Positions 36,071 to 49,900 of a stretch of DNA of 64,000 bases are shown here, piece by piece (position 1 is the stretch's first letter; each line of letters starts with the position of its first letter). The position numbers were made by a program, and so were the translations under genes. The notes below the pieces were generated by a model. That model had not been told where the DNA came from. It did no database searches and worked only from the letters and a program-made list of their open reading frames with translations. The stretch lies in contig JBHGNT010000015.1 in assembly GCA_043228905.1 (NCBI GenBank), positions 19,096,001 through 19,160,000 on the forward strand, given 5' to 3'. Origin of the DNA: Azolla caroliniana (taxonomy: Eukaryota; Plantae; Polypodiophyta).

Positions 36071-38698
36071 ATAAGATACTTGATGGGTAATAAAAATGCT
36101 AAGTATCATCATTGACTTGTTGAAGTAGTTAAGGCGATAGATTTCAACCCTATAGGGCATTGTCTATGTAGGTTCGAATCCTATAGTCAACGCATTATTA
36201 TTGTGCAACATACAAATTTGCGATTAAGAGCTACAATATGTTACTTGATTTGTAATAAAAATGGTAAGCACCCACCGTTGAGTTGGCTGAGTGGTTAAGG
36301 TGATAGACTCGAAATAAGTTGGGCATTACTTCCATAGGTTTGAATCCTATAGCCAACGCATTGTTATTATGGAACATAAAAATCTGTGATTAAGAGCTAC
36401 CATATAAGATAATTGATGTGCAAAAATGATAAGCACCATCATTTACTTGGCCGAGTGGTTAAGGCAATAGACTCAAAATCAGTTGGGCATTGTTTGCTAG
36501 GTTCGAATCGTATAGTCAACCCATTATGTTATTCTAGAACATAAAAATTTGCGATTAAGAGCTAGCATATTAAGATAATTGATGTGTAAAAATAATAACC
36601 ACCATCCTTGACTTGGCCAAGTGGTTAAGGTGATAGACTCAAAATCAGTTGGGCATTGCCTGCATAGGTTTGAATCCTGTAGTCAACGCATAATGATAAA
36701 ATTTCCAACTAAGAGCTACAATATAGTCAACACATAATTATTGTGGAACATAAAAATTTGCGACTACGAGCTACAATATAAGATACTTGATGGGTAATAA
36801 AAATGCTAAGTACCATCGTTGACTTGTTCGAGTATATAAGGCGATAGACTTGAACCCTATTGCAATAAAAAGCCACAGTATAACTACGACGCCACAGTCA
36901 ACGCATTATTATCGTGGAACATAAAAATTTGCAATTAAGAGCTGTCATATAAGATAATTGATGTGTAAAAATGGTAAGCACCATCGTTGACTTGGTTGAG
37001 TGGTTAAGGCGATAGACTCGAAATCATTTCGGCATTGCCGAAGTAGGTTCGAATCTTATAGTCAATGCATAATTATTGTGGAACATAAAAAATTTCGACT
37101 AAGAGCTACAATATGCGAGATCACATTGGTCCAGTCCCCGCATAGCCAGTGGAAGGGTGAGGTGCATCCACTCAGATAGCATGGGGAGGTCGAATGACTA
37201 CGGCCACGTCAATCCACTTCTTTTCTTTTCTTGTTGGGCATGGGTAATAAAAATGCTAAGTACCATCGTTGACTTGTTCTAGTAGTTAAGGCGATGGCCT
37301 TGAAACCTGTTGAGGATTCTTATTTCAGAACTATTTCGGCTCAGCTCATCAACGCATTATAATCGTGCAACATAGAAATTTGCGATTTTACTTGATTTGT
37401 AATAAAAATTGTAAATGTCCATCATTGACTTGGTCGAGTGGTTAAAGTGATAGACTTGAAATTAGTTGGGCATTGCCTGCGTAGGTTCGAATCCTATTGT
37501 CAACGCATAATAATAAAAAGTTGTGACTAAGAGCTTCAATAAAGTCAACATATAATTATGGTTATGGAACATAAAAATTTGCGACTAAGAGCTACAATAT
37601 AAGATACTTGATGGACCATAATAAAAATGTTAAGGCGATAGACTTCAACCCTATTGGGCATTGGCTATGTAGGTTCAAATCCTATAGTCAACACATTATT
37701 ATTGTGCAACATAGACATTTGTGATTAAGTGCTACAATATAAGTTACTTGATTTGTAACAAAAATGATGAGCATTGTCGTTGACTTTGCTGAGTGGTTAA
37801 GGCGATAGATTCGAAATCAATTGGGCATTGCTTGTATAGGTTCGAATCCTATAGTCAACGCATAATTATTGTGGAAGATAAAAATTTGCGACTAAGAGCT
37901 ACAATATAAGATACTTAATGGGCAATAAAAATGCTAAGTGCCATCGTTGACTTGTTCTAGTAGTTAAGGCGATAGCCTTAAAACCTGTTGGGCATTGCTT
38001 GCGTATGTTCAAATCCTACCATCAACACATTTTTATTGTGCAACATAGAAATGTGCGATTAAGAGCTATAATATAAGTTACTTGATTTGCAATAAAAATT
38101 GTAAGCATCCACAGTTTACTTGGTCGAGTGGTCTAGTAGTTAAGGCGATAGCCTTGAAACCCGTTGGGCATTGCTTGCATACATTCAAATCCTACAATCA
38201 ACGCATTATTATTGTGCAACATAGAAATGTGTTTAAGAGCAACCATATAAGTTACTTGATTTGTAATAAAAATGGTAAGCACCCAACATTGAGATGGCCA
38301 AGTGGTTAAGGCGATAGACTCGAAATCTATCAGCAATGCGCATTATTATTGTGCAACATAGAAATACGTGATTAAGGCTACCATATTGTGAAATGCACAT
38401 AAGAGGTCCAAACTAGTCTACTTTGCTTCTTACTTCTTGCCCAATTTATAGTCCATACAAAAGGCCCATTTGGGTTGGCTTCGCTACATGCATGCTAAAA
38501 AGGGTGTGCTAAAAGTGTGGGTTGGCTTTGCTACATGCATACTAAAAAGGGTGTGCTAAAGGGTGGCACAAAGGAACACATGCACACCACAATATAAGTT
38601 ACTTGATTTGTAATAAAAATAGTAAGCACCTACCGTTGTCATGGCCAAGTGGTTACCAAGTGGTTAAGGCGATAGACTCGAAATCTATTGGCTATTGC
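36071..38698 (+). repeat. tRNA-Ser-derived array, block 3 (~14 degenerate units with small foreign inserts)
   Basis: Same unit as the main array, no fully paired cloverleaf seen; inserts at ~37115-37240 and ~38387-38587. Confidence 0.9.
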
Positions 38699-40640
38699 CG
38701 ATTCGCCTCCGTGTACAACATTTTGCTATCAGTGGGCTTGTATTGTTAATGTACCTGCGTTTCTTCTACGAGGAGCATCGATTGCAACTCGAAGAAGGAA
38801 GATGTTTTCTCTCTCGTGCAGACCGCCGTTTGGAATGATCCAAACTTCTACACCAAACCTCTGATGCAAACTTGAACCATCTCGTTCTCTTCAACCATCA
38901 CTTTGATAGACCCAACTAAGTCACAAATATCTTTTATCTTGAAGGTGTAATCGACCATTGTTCCGTTGTCTGATGTTGTTCAACTCCTATCTCAATTGCA
39001 ACTTCTGTTGGGAGACAGGTCCCTCCGGATGGGAAGGGAGAAGAACAGTGCCGATGAACAAACTCGGCCGAGGCCAATAGGCGGAGGCCGAGACCGGATG
39101 AGGAATACTCGGCTACGGAGAGCCGGATGATACAGACCCGGTGAGACCGGATGAGGAGTACCCGGCTACGGAGAGCCGGATGATACAGACCCGGTGAAGA
39201 CCAGATGAGGAGTACCCGGCTACGGAGAGCCGGATGATACAGACCTGGTGAAGACCGGATGAGGAGTACCCGGCTACGGAGAGCCGGATGATACAAACCC
39301 GGTGAAGACCGGATGAGGAGTACCCGGTTACGGAGAACCGGATGGTACAGACCCGGTGAGAACCGGACGAAGAGACATATTCGTAAATATGTTTCTGAGA
39401 GCCCATCGAGGCTATATTTGTAAATAGCCTAAAAGTCATATTAGTATAAATATGACTTAGGGCAAACTATTATTGTTGTTGTCATTTTCTGTTTTGCACG
39501 AGATCAGTGTGCGTAACTGTACAGAGAGAGAGAGAGAGAGAGAAAGAGAAAGAGGTTGCTGCCTCTGTTGTAACCGCCGCCTGTGGCGAAGATCTGTGAG
39601 CACGAGGTCGTTGCCTCAGTGAGCTCACTATTGTACATTCTTACATAGTGACAATTTGCAGCCTGTGGGCTGCCGTGGTTTTTCCCCTAGTTTGGGGTTT
39701 TCCACGTAAACCTCCTGTGTATCTTCCTCTTCTTTGTGTCATGTTTTATTTCCCGTTTTTTCTGTGTATCATTCTAAGCTCGGTTGTGGCAGAGCGTTGC
39801 GCATAAGGAACGACCAGTTCCCGTCAACTTCTTGGCCGTTGTGCTTGCGGCGAAAATCTTCTTAAGATTGCCCCAAGCATTCTTTGGCGTTTTGACATCC
39901 CGCATGTAGTTGAGCATATGATCGCTCACACAAGATATAAAGTAGTATAAGACTTTGCTTGCCACATGTTCCCAAGCTAGGAAATCCCTGTGTGTTGGAT
40001 CCGATGCTGCATTGTTTGCTCCTTTCACGTAACTCCAATAGCCGTGTCCAAGCAGGTACTGATGCTTCTTGTATGCCCAAGATGTAGTTGCTCCTATCAT
40101 GTTTTTCCGACGGCAATGAGCTACCCATTCCTCTATCCATGTTCCTATCAATCTTTTTCCGGATGTAAAAAGGCTATGTGTCTGTATTGAAACGCTTGAC
40201 ATCGGTTGCAGTGGATTCTACTAAACCCACACGCGTTGATACCATATAAAAGTTTGCATGTGTAGAAGCTTGTAAGTTAACAGACACAACCGGCTTGGTC
40301 AGACAATTATAGAAGACGGTTATGAATACACAAAGAACAAAGTACACAATGAGAGAAGACTGAGTTGGCAGACCACAAGAAAATTTCTATTCAAAATGTT
40401 CCCAATACTGAATACTTACAAATGTGCTCACAGAGCACTTTATATAGAAGCCCTTTATCACGTGCTGACACAAGTACTGGTAAGTACTTGAATGCTCTTT
40501 AACGATCCTTTGACACTAATTTCCTACAATATTCCTATTATAAAAATAGGAATATAGGCCTCTAACAGCCTATCGGCTCCCAACCAATCCGATTGTCGGC
40601 TTCCTCAGCCAATCCGTCATGTTGAGCTTGTCACTCAACA
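38699..40640 (-). mobile_element. Truncated Ty1/copia element (5' LTR, PBS and part of gag) inserted in a tRNA copy
   Basis: LTR 40245-40640, PBS TGGTATCAACGC adjacent to 40244, gag fragment (HQYLLGHGYW...AWGNLKKIFAASTTAKKL) homologous to 53715..54140. Confidence 0.75.
39006..39826 (+). mobile_element. Solo LTR of the same family as the copia element at 54565-59570, with ~6 tandem 49-bp units
   Basis: TGTTGG...CCGTCA, TSD ACTTC (39001-39005 / 39827-39831), reverse-complement homology to 58950-59570. Confidence 0.9.
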
Positions 40641-41612
40641 GGTTTGAATCCTATAGTCAACACATAATTATTGTGGAACATAAAAATTTGTGATTAAGAG
40701 CTGGAGCATAAGATACTAGACATGCAATAGAAATGGTAACCATCGTTGTTGATTTGGGGGAGTGGTTAAGGTGATAGACTTGAAATCTATTGGGCATTAC
40801 CTGTGTAGGTTGGAATCCTACAATCAACGCATAATTTTTGTGCAACATAAAATTTACAATTTACTTGATCGGTAATTAAAATGGCAAGCACCATTGTTGA
40901 CTTGGTTGAGTGGTTAAGGCGAAAGACTCGAAATTTGTTGGGCATTGCTTGCGTAGGTTTGAATCCTATAGTAAATGCATTATTATTGTGCACATTAAAA
41001 TTTACGATTTACTTGATATGTAATAAAATGGTAAGCATCATTATTGACTTGACCGAGTGGTTAAGACAATAGACTCAAAACTGGTTGGGCATTGCCTGCA
41101 TAGGTTTGAATCCTATAGTCAACGCATTATATTGTGCAACTTAAAAAAGTGTGATTAAGAGCGCAGTATAAGTTACTTGGTTTGTAATGAGAACCATGGA
41201 CCCATTGTTAACTTGGCCGAGGGGTTAAGGAGATAAACTCAAAATCTGTTGGGCATTGCCTGTGTAGGTTCGAATCCTACAACGCATAATTATTGTGCAA
41301 CATAAAATTTACGATTTACTTGATATGTAATAAAAATGGTAACCAACGTCTTTTACTTGGTCGAGTGGTTAAGGAGATAGACTCGAAATCCATTGGACAT
41401 TGCCTACATACGTTCGAATCCTGCAAACAATGCATTATTATTGTGCAACATAAAATTTGTGATTAAGAACTCCAATATAAGTTATTACCATTGAAATAAA
41501 AATGGTAAGCACCCACCATTGGCTTGGCCAAGTGGTTAAGGTGATAAACTCGAAATCTGTAGGACATTTTTTTCGTAGGTTCGAATCCTACAATCAATGC
41601 ATTATTATTGTG
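40641..41612 (+). repeat. tRNA-Ser-derived array, block 4 (~6 degenerate units)
   Basis: Units at ~40748, 40896, 41043, 41207, 41351 and 41518. Confidence 0.9.
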
Positions 41613-41662
41613 TGTAATGAATCGTGGTATGATTCTATGGAGTGGAATAGATTAGAGATGTG

Positions 41663-41705
<43 letters not shown>

Positions 41706-43925
41706 ACAAAGAGAGGAGAGGAGAGAAACACAAGATAGATAGAAAATAGAATTACTCAAGAAGATTGTATATTACAAAGGAGATTAACCGACTTATTACA
41801 AAGTAGGAGGAGGGTGCTTTATATAGTCACCCTCTCTCTTCATTAACTACCGAAGCTCATCGGTCATGGGGAATGTGGAAACTCACTAGTTATGTCTCAT
41901 AGAATATGATTCTATGACACATAGTTAATGCTACAAAAGTAGTGGTGACTTTTGACCTTTGAGTGTTCACACTAGAGTAGGTTGAGCTTGATTCTCAATA
42001 TCCCCCTCAAGCTCAACTTTGGTCGGTTGTCTGAAGATTTGTGTTGATGTGTTGAAGGTTGACATCTCCAGCTTGAACATGCTCTTAGATGAAGTGGTAG
42101 TGTACTCCGATATGCTTCTTGTGCGCGTGGAACACCAAGTTCCGAGCCAGATAAATATTGCTCATGTTGTCGAAGTAAAGGGGAGTTGGATCCTTGATGG
42201 GAACACCCAGATCCTCAAAATCCTCTCGAGCCATATGGCTTCACATGTAGCCACAATTGCGCCCCTGTATTCAGCCTCTGTCCTCGAGAGAGCGACGGTT
42301 GGTTGCTTCTTGTTACTCCAAGATATTGCTCCACTGCCAAGGGAGAAAACAAATCTAGAGGTCAATCGTCGATCGGCTTTGTAGTCGGCCCAATCGGCAT
42401 CCATGTACCCTTCGAGTTGAATTGGCGTGGCCGACTTATAGAGAATGCCATAGTTCATCGTTCCACTCACGTATCGTAGCACTCTCTTACCACAATCCAA
42501 AAGGATATCTCGTGGAGTTTGCATGAATTGGCCAAGGAGGCCAACCAGATAGCTCAGGTCAGGTCGAGTGATTGTGAGGTAGATGAGGGTCCCGATCAGT
42601 TGTCGATACTGAGTTCGCTCACACTCTGTAGTGCCGGAATCATCATCCTGTTTGAGGTTTCGATCGAGAGGGGTTGTCACAGATTTACACTCAATCATCC
42701 CGAACTTGTATAACAAGTTGAGGATGTAGTGTCGTTGAGAGATCATTAAGCCGGTTGGAGTCTGGATTACCTCGATGCCAAGGAAGTAATGGAGCTCCTT
42801 CATGTCCATCATCTCAAATTTGTTGGAGAGGGACTTCACCTTGTTGATGTCGACTAAATGCTCACCTCCAATAACCAGATAATCCATGTATAGTATGATG
42901 ACAATCAAGCTTCTAGAGTTGTTTCGTACGTAGAGGGAGTTGTCGGATTTCGACATTCGAAAGCTGATTTGATAAAGATATTGCGTTGTCTTCTAATGCC
43001 AAGAATGTGATGCTTGCTTAAGGCCTTAGAGAGGCTTCTTGAGTTGGTAGACGACTTTCGGATGAATGTCGGATTCCAAGCCGGGTGGTTGTACCATGTA
43101 CACCTTCTCTAAGACTTCTAATTTGCCTTGAAGAAAGGCATTCTTGATGTCCATCTAGTGGAGATGTCACCCTTTCGTTGTTGCGAGTGTGATCACGGTC
43201 TACACAGTCGTCATCTTTACCACCGGGGCAAATGTCTCTTCGTAGTCGACTCCATGTGTCTATACGTATCCTTTTGCTAAGAGTCGAGCTTTGTAGTGGT
43301 TGACGGAACTGTCGGCATTATACTTCACTTTGTATATCCATCTGCAACCGATTGCATTCCTGTGAGGCGAGTGGGGGACGAGATCCCATGTCTCATTCTT
43401 GCTAAGAGCTTGCATCTCCTCGTTCATCGCTTCGACCCATTGCAGATCTTTAACTACTTCATAAAGGCATAGTGATATGCCATATAGTCGTTGTAGCCAA
43501 ATCGGCTAAGTGGATTCTTCTCACAGGTGGAGTGACGGAGTTTCTCATTTGCAAATGTGAGTGCTTTCTTAACTCTGGGTGACCTCATAAGAGGCACATC
43601 AAAGCTACTGAACTCACTATCGGGTGACTGAGTCGATTCGTTGCGGTCGAATTGATCGTCTTCATATTCCGACAGTTTGACCTTCCCTTTGTCCATCTTT
43701 GGACTCAACCGAGATGTGCTTTGGTTGCTCGGGGGCTCTTGTGGCCCACTCAGCCTCGTCGTGATCAAACTTTCTTCGAACATATGTTGTAGTCGATCTT
43801 CGTCTTCTATCTCTTGGTTGACCAAGTTCGGGTCGACTGGAAATGTTTCGGGAGGAGTTGGCTCCGATTTGTAACATGATGCTGATTCGTCGAAGATGAC
43901 TTCTTGACTTACACGAGCCTTCCGT

Positions 43926-46900
43926 TGTCGCGTCGTTACGCGCGTGCGTGGAGAACAAGGCGGGACCACTAGGGTCTTGGACCGAGGAATAGGTGAGAAG
44001 AGGGAGAGGGAGAGAGAGAGAGAGACGCTCACACACGTATAGACAGAGGAATGGACGCGGCCCAACAACACAGGAGACACGAGTTGAGAACACTAGCGTA
44101 TGTATATAAATGTATGCAGATGACTCGAACGGCTACAGCCGACTAGGTCGGCGAGGTGGATGCTGACGCCTGATCACCCACGCACACAGGAGAGCAAGAT
44201 GGAGATCCTACCAGAAGCACACGGGTGTTCCACAGAGTAGGATCAGCCTCCTGAGAACCTGCGCAAAAGAAAGCTATGGAGAATGATAGAGAAGAAGAGC
44301 TCGGTCCCAGTCCGGCAGCACTTCGTCCCCTCTAGCGCGCGATCCCCGTCTCTCGCCCCGTCTCCCTCTCCTTTATAGCTCAAGGAGGGAGGTCGTTCAC
44401 CCGTTTACATCACATTAATTCTCTGTCCTTTCGGACAGAGATACTCCTCGATTTCCCCTATAGAATATTGCTACCTAGGATTTAACCTTTGTGCCTACCT
44501 ATCTACTATACAACAAGGGTCGTGCCCACGTGTAAGGGCCGGTTCACACACACTATACACGGTTTGCGCCTGGGGACGGTTTTCTTCACGACATCCGCCC
44601 CCACCTAACCGCGCATCCACCGGTATGCGCCAAAAATTGGGTTCTTATGGGAGAAAACCGATCCTTGCTTTTATTCCTCGTTTACCGGTTCATCCTCCGC
44701 CTCGGGCTGCTCGTCGTCGCTATCCATGCCCCCTAGCCTCGGCTCCCTGTCGTGCCGTTTCTTGAATGCTTTGATCCTCTTCCCCCCTACCGGTATCGCC
44801 ATTCTCGTACCGTCGAGCTCCGCGAGATGGTACGTCCCATTGCCGTTGGCGCCTGTTACTACATAAGGCCCGAACCACCTCCTCACAAACTTCCGCGTGG
44901 CCCTGTGTTGATTGTCGAGGCTGTTGTCGTAGACTAGCACCCAGTCGCCTTCCTCGATCTTCCTTGGCCGGAGCCGGTATGTTCGGTTGAATCGGGCTTT
45001 GTTCCTTATCCTCGCTACTCGAAGTTTCTCCGCGGCCCGTTCTACGTCCTCTAGCCTCCGCTCAAGCTATCGAATCCACGCCGCCAACAGTTCCTCCCGG
45101 CTCATCTCATCCCTCCAATCCACCGTGGCCCACGAGGAGATCGTTCGCTCTGTTGGCATGATCGGCTTCTGTCCGAACATCAGCTCGGCCGGCATGAACC
45201 CGGTTACCGAACTGTGCGTAGTCCGGTGCGCCCACAAGGCATAAGGTAGCAGTCGTGGCCAGTCCCTGACTCGGCCTCCGCACGCCCGTACTAGCGCTTT
45301 GACAATCGGCATGTGCCCGCGCTCCACCTTCCCGTTCGCCTCTGAATTGTACGCTGTGGTGAGCGAAAGTTTGACTCCTAGCCGGCCGAACAGCTCTTCG
45401 GCCTCTTCTGCGTCCAACTCACCACGGTCAGCCACGATCTTCCCTACGCACCCGTATCGGCATACTACATCCTCAATCAAAAACCGGCACACGGTTGCCG
45501 TCGTCTTGTTCTGCAGGGCTCGGCCTTCAACCTGGTTCGTTAGATCTTCCCGAGCCAGCACCAGATACCGCATCTGTCCTACCCTCATTGGCATCGTCAC
45601 CAAATCCACCATCCACTTAAAGTGGACGGTCGGAGGGTAGGTCGGGTGAAGCGTGTCCCGATGTCGGATCATGGAGTGCACCTGGCAACTTTCGCAAGTC
45701 GTCACAAACCGATGCACGTCCCGGTATAGTCCCGGCCACCAGTACTTCCCCTTTAGCTTTTCGAACGTGGCCCACGTTCCACGGTGTCCAACCCACGGGC
45801 TATCGTGGTACGCCACCAGCAATTCGTCCTGTTCCTCCTTCTTCGCCACCACTCGGAGCGGGATGTCGTTCCTCTTCTTCGGGTGCTTCCAGATGTATTC
45901 GTCCCGGAGAAAGAATCGGTAGGCTTTCTTCCGAATCCGGTTGACCTCGTCCGTTGTCCATGCCGCGTCCGATGTCATTGTTTTCAGGAACCCGCCGATC
46001 TGCAGCCACTCCCCGTCGTACTTGCTCTCGTCGAAGTCGTTAAGCGTTGGAGAGCATTCCCCGTTGGATGTCACGTAAGCCGCCTCGAAGAAGTCCACGT
46101 CGACTTCCTCGTCCTCTGAAACCATGCCGCCATCATTTTCGAACCTCGCCCTCGAAAGCATGTCGGCCATGGCGTTGTCTTTCCCGGAAATGTGTCGTAT
46201 TTCCGGATCCAGGGACTTGATGTACGCTATCCACCTGAGCATCGCCAGGTCCGGCGTCGCGCATCTGGAAACCATGCCAAGAATTGGCAGGCAGTCCGTC
46301 TCGATAATTACCTCTGCCCCGATCAGGTAGTCTTTGTCGGCCTTTACCGCCGAAACGATACCCCAGAGCTCGCGTTTAACCTGGGCGTATCCTTGTTGTT
46401 GCTCACTGAGGACCTTCGTGCCGAACCAGATCGGGGAACGCATGTCGTCCTCGTCCTCCTGGTTGACAACCCATCCGATCCGGTTGGACTCGTGTCTACC
46501 GTTACGTAAATTGGAGTGCTCTTTCCGTAGACAACCTTTCGGAGCGCCGGAGCCGCGGCAAGTGCTTCCTTCATCTTCCGGACAGACTCCGTATGCTCGT
46601 CTCTCCACTCGAATCTTCGCCCCCTTTTCAGCAACCCATATAACGGCTCCGCGACGTGAGCGTACTACGGGATCCATATGTGGTAGAACGCGCATGCTCC
46701 CAAGAACCTCCAAACCTCCGTGACCGAGCTGCAGTCGTTCTTCATCGCAGCGATGGCTTCTACCTTAGCCAGAGACGGTTTCCGGCCGTATGGTCCGCAT
46801 AGGTGCCCGACGACCATGATCTCTGATTGCCCGAAGGCCGACTTTCCCCCGGAGAAGGTGAGCCTCGCTCCCTCCAACCTCTACAACACCGTTTCGCAGT

Positions 46901-49900
46901 CGTCGATGTGCGTCGCCACGAATTTCCGGCATCCGTCCGGTCCGATCGTCTCGTCCCTTTCCTCCACCGGGCATCCCTTGATCGGGACGTCGTCCAAAAA
47001 CGGCATGGTGATGTCCAGGATGCAATCCCTCAGCACTTTGTTCATTGCGTTCACCATGTGAGCCATTGAGTTCGTCCCTCCTTGCGGCAAGGTACACATC
47101 CGTACTAGGCCGAGAGGAGTCCGCATTGTCGTGATGTCGCTATTCTCTACGGCAAGCTGGAACTGATCGTACCCCGAGTAGAGATCACCGACCGAATAAA
47201 TCGACCTTCCGGCGAAGGCCTCCGCGAACTCGTCTATTGTCGGTTTGATTCCTGCGTTTCGAATGGTCACCTTGTTGACCGGCTGCAGGTCTTGAATAAA
47301 GCGCAGCGTGTCGTCCTTCTTCGGCACGGTAAACCACCGATTCGAGTATGGGGCACTCGACGGTTTGAGGATTCCCATCTCGACCTTCTGCTTTAACAGC
47401 TCCATCAGCTTCGGGATGTGAGCTCTGGGTACTTGAATCGGTTTGAGATTCCACGGCACATGCGGTACCGTGAATATCACCATCGGTTCCACAACTGTCG
47501 GGTCTACGCACTTGATCTCCTCCGGTGAAAATGCGAAGGCCTTCCCATGCCTTTCGAGCATTTCCCGAAAACGGTCCTCTTCCGCCAGCAGTAGGAAGCC
47601 GCGATTTTGAGCTCGCGCAGCGTTATGTCGATGAACGTGTGTCCTATGCGGGCCAGATTTCATAAACTTGGGTCCGACGCAACCCCCTTTATTCGCAACT
47701 CGCTGCCCTCCGGCAAGGGAGTCGCAACTGGCCTCACCTTCCGGTCCATAGTCTTGTACCTCATGTCCACCCGGGCCGTCCGATCCGACTCGAGCCCTCT
47801 ACTAAAGTCGGCGATGACTTCGTACATCCTTTCTGAACATACCGGAATCGTCCGGTCCTCTTTAAGGACTCCTCCGACTACCTCTCGCAGCTCCCCCAAG
47901 GTATCGTCGAAAGAGACCGCCTCCACGGCTCCGTTGATTTCCTCTCCGAGGCCAAGGATACCACATGCCCGAAGTCGCTCCTCTGCCCTTTTCTTCTTCC
48001 GTCCAACAACGTCGACTATCGTACACCCTCCGTTGTCGGAGAACCAAAATTTCCTACTTATAGTACAGGTCTTCTCCGCTATCGTACATTTGTGGGGTTT
48101 TCCCGGAGTGTCCGGACTATCGTAGCCCCACGCCTTGATAGCCCTCTCTAAAAATCCTCTCGGCTTTCGCCCCCGAGGGTCTCGCGGTTCCGCTCATGGT
48201 TCAGTCTCACCGTCAGGAACTGGACCGAGTGACGCCCATCCTGGCTCTTGACCCTTGCAAAGGCCGAGCCATTGTCCAGCACCTTGGTCTCCATCCGTGC
48301 TGCCGTGATGTACGGTTCTCCTAGTATAACCGGATGTGAGGGCGTCTCCTGCACGAAGAAGTGTTGGTCAATCTCGACATCGCCGATCTTTACTCGTACG
48401 TTCGGGCAAGCTCCATGCAGCTCTTCGGTGGCACGCGTCACAGCCCGTATTTTCCACCCGTGCTTGGTGTTAATCGGCCATTTTCCCTTCTTATAAAAGT
48501 CCATGGACATCAAATTGATTTCTGAACCGTGGTCCACCAACACCACCACTGGTTCATGAACATCTCCGATCTTCACGGGGGTCTTCGTAGTCGCTCTGGC
48601 CCAGTGCGGCCTCGAATAGTGGCTCTCCGCCAACTCGTCTTCCAGCGCCATGTCCTCTATGTGCGTCGTCCGCACCTCCACCGGCTTCTCCGGTTCTGTC
48701 TCTGTCGACAGCCTCTTCCTCTTCACCAAGTCTACGATGGAGTCGTGAAACTCCTTCTTGGCGATCCCAAGCACTTCCCTCAACGACAGTTCCACCTTGC
48801 TGTCGAGGATTCGTTCTTCCAGGACCTTTCGTAGGTCCGTGGATCTTTCGATTTCTGTACCCAACCGGTACCCGCCCTTCTTGGGATTATCCTGGGCATC
48901 GAGTACACCGGCCTCATTCCGCCTTTGCCCGAATCAAGTTTCATATCGCTGCGAGGGCCCGGTCCCTCCGGTTTTCCCTACCCGCTTGTCCTCTACCAGA
49001 GCCTCATAGTTTTGACAAGCGGCTTCGACGAAGCCCGTCTTTTCTTCCACCGGGGCACTCCACCTGGTCACCTTCCGGACCCGTTTTTCTGCGCGGTCCA
49101 CCTCTTCTTTCCTCAGCCGCGCGCCGTCGAGGCCTTCCAGCATCGTCGGCCAGAACCCGGCTTTGTCCGTCTTCGGGGCCTTGCCACCTCCGACCCGAAT
49201 ACCAGCTAACGCCGAGTAGTGGACGGTCTCCGCGTGACGAGCCACCGCCTCCTCCATCAACCTTTTCATGCCCACTCGCCCGACGTTCAGGTTCAGGGCC
49301 GTTCGGGTCTCGCTGGCGTGCACCCGACCGTTCCACAGGTACACCACGTTGCTTCGATTCGTCTCGGCGAAGTCCCCGCAGTCCTTTCGGATGTGCCCAA
49401 CCGCGTCACACCACATGCACCTGTTTTCCGCCAGAGGTCGTCAGTCACGGGCTTGTTTGCCACCATCCCTCCGTGCCTGGGCGATCTGGAGATCCTTTAC
49501 CATCCGCGTCAGCTCCTCCAGAGCTGCTCCCCCGGACGAGCCCTTGACCATGTCGGTTGAGGCTGACCCGGTCTTGAGCCAATCTCGGGTCTCTTCCCTT
49601 CGTGTTGGTGGTGTTGGCTCGAGCTTCTTTGCTGCGACAGAGCCTGCCCCTGTCGATCCTTTGTCAACCCATTCCTGTCGTTTGTCGAAACGGCCATAGA
49701 CCCTTTTCACCATAGCCCAGTCGGCCATCAGCCCGTCATCAGTCTCCAATAGGAGGCCTACCTGCTCCCGATCCCGCTCGTCAACCGACTTAACAAACAA
49801 TAGGACACGGCTTGTGTCCAGAACGGTCCGGTCAAGCATCGAGAGGCGCGCGAAGCGTTCCTCAAACTCCCGAAGGAGCACTGACGCGTTCCTTCCTTTG

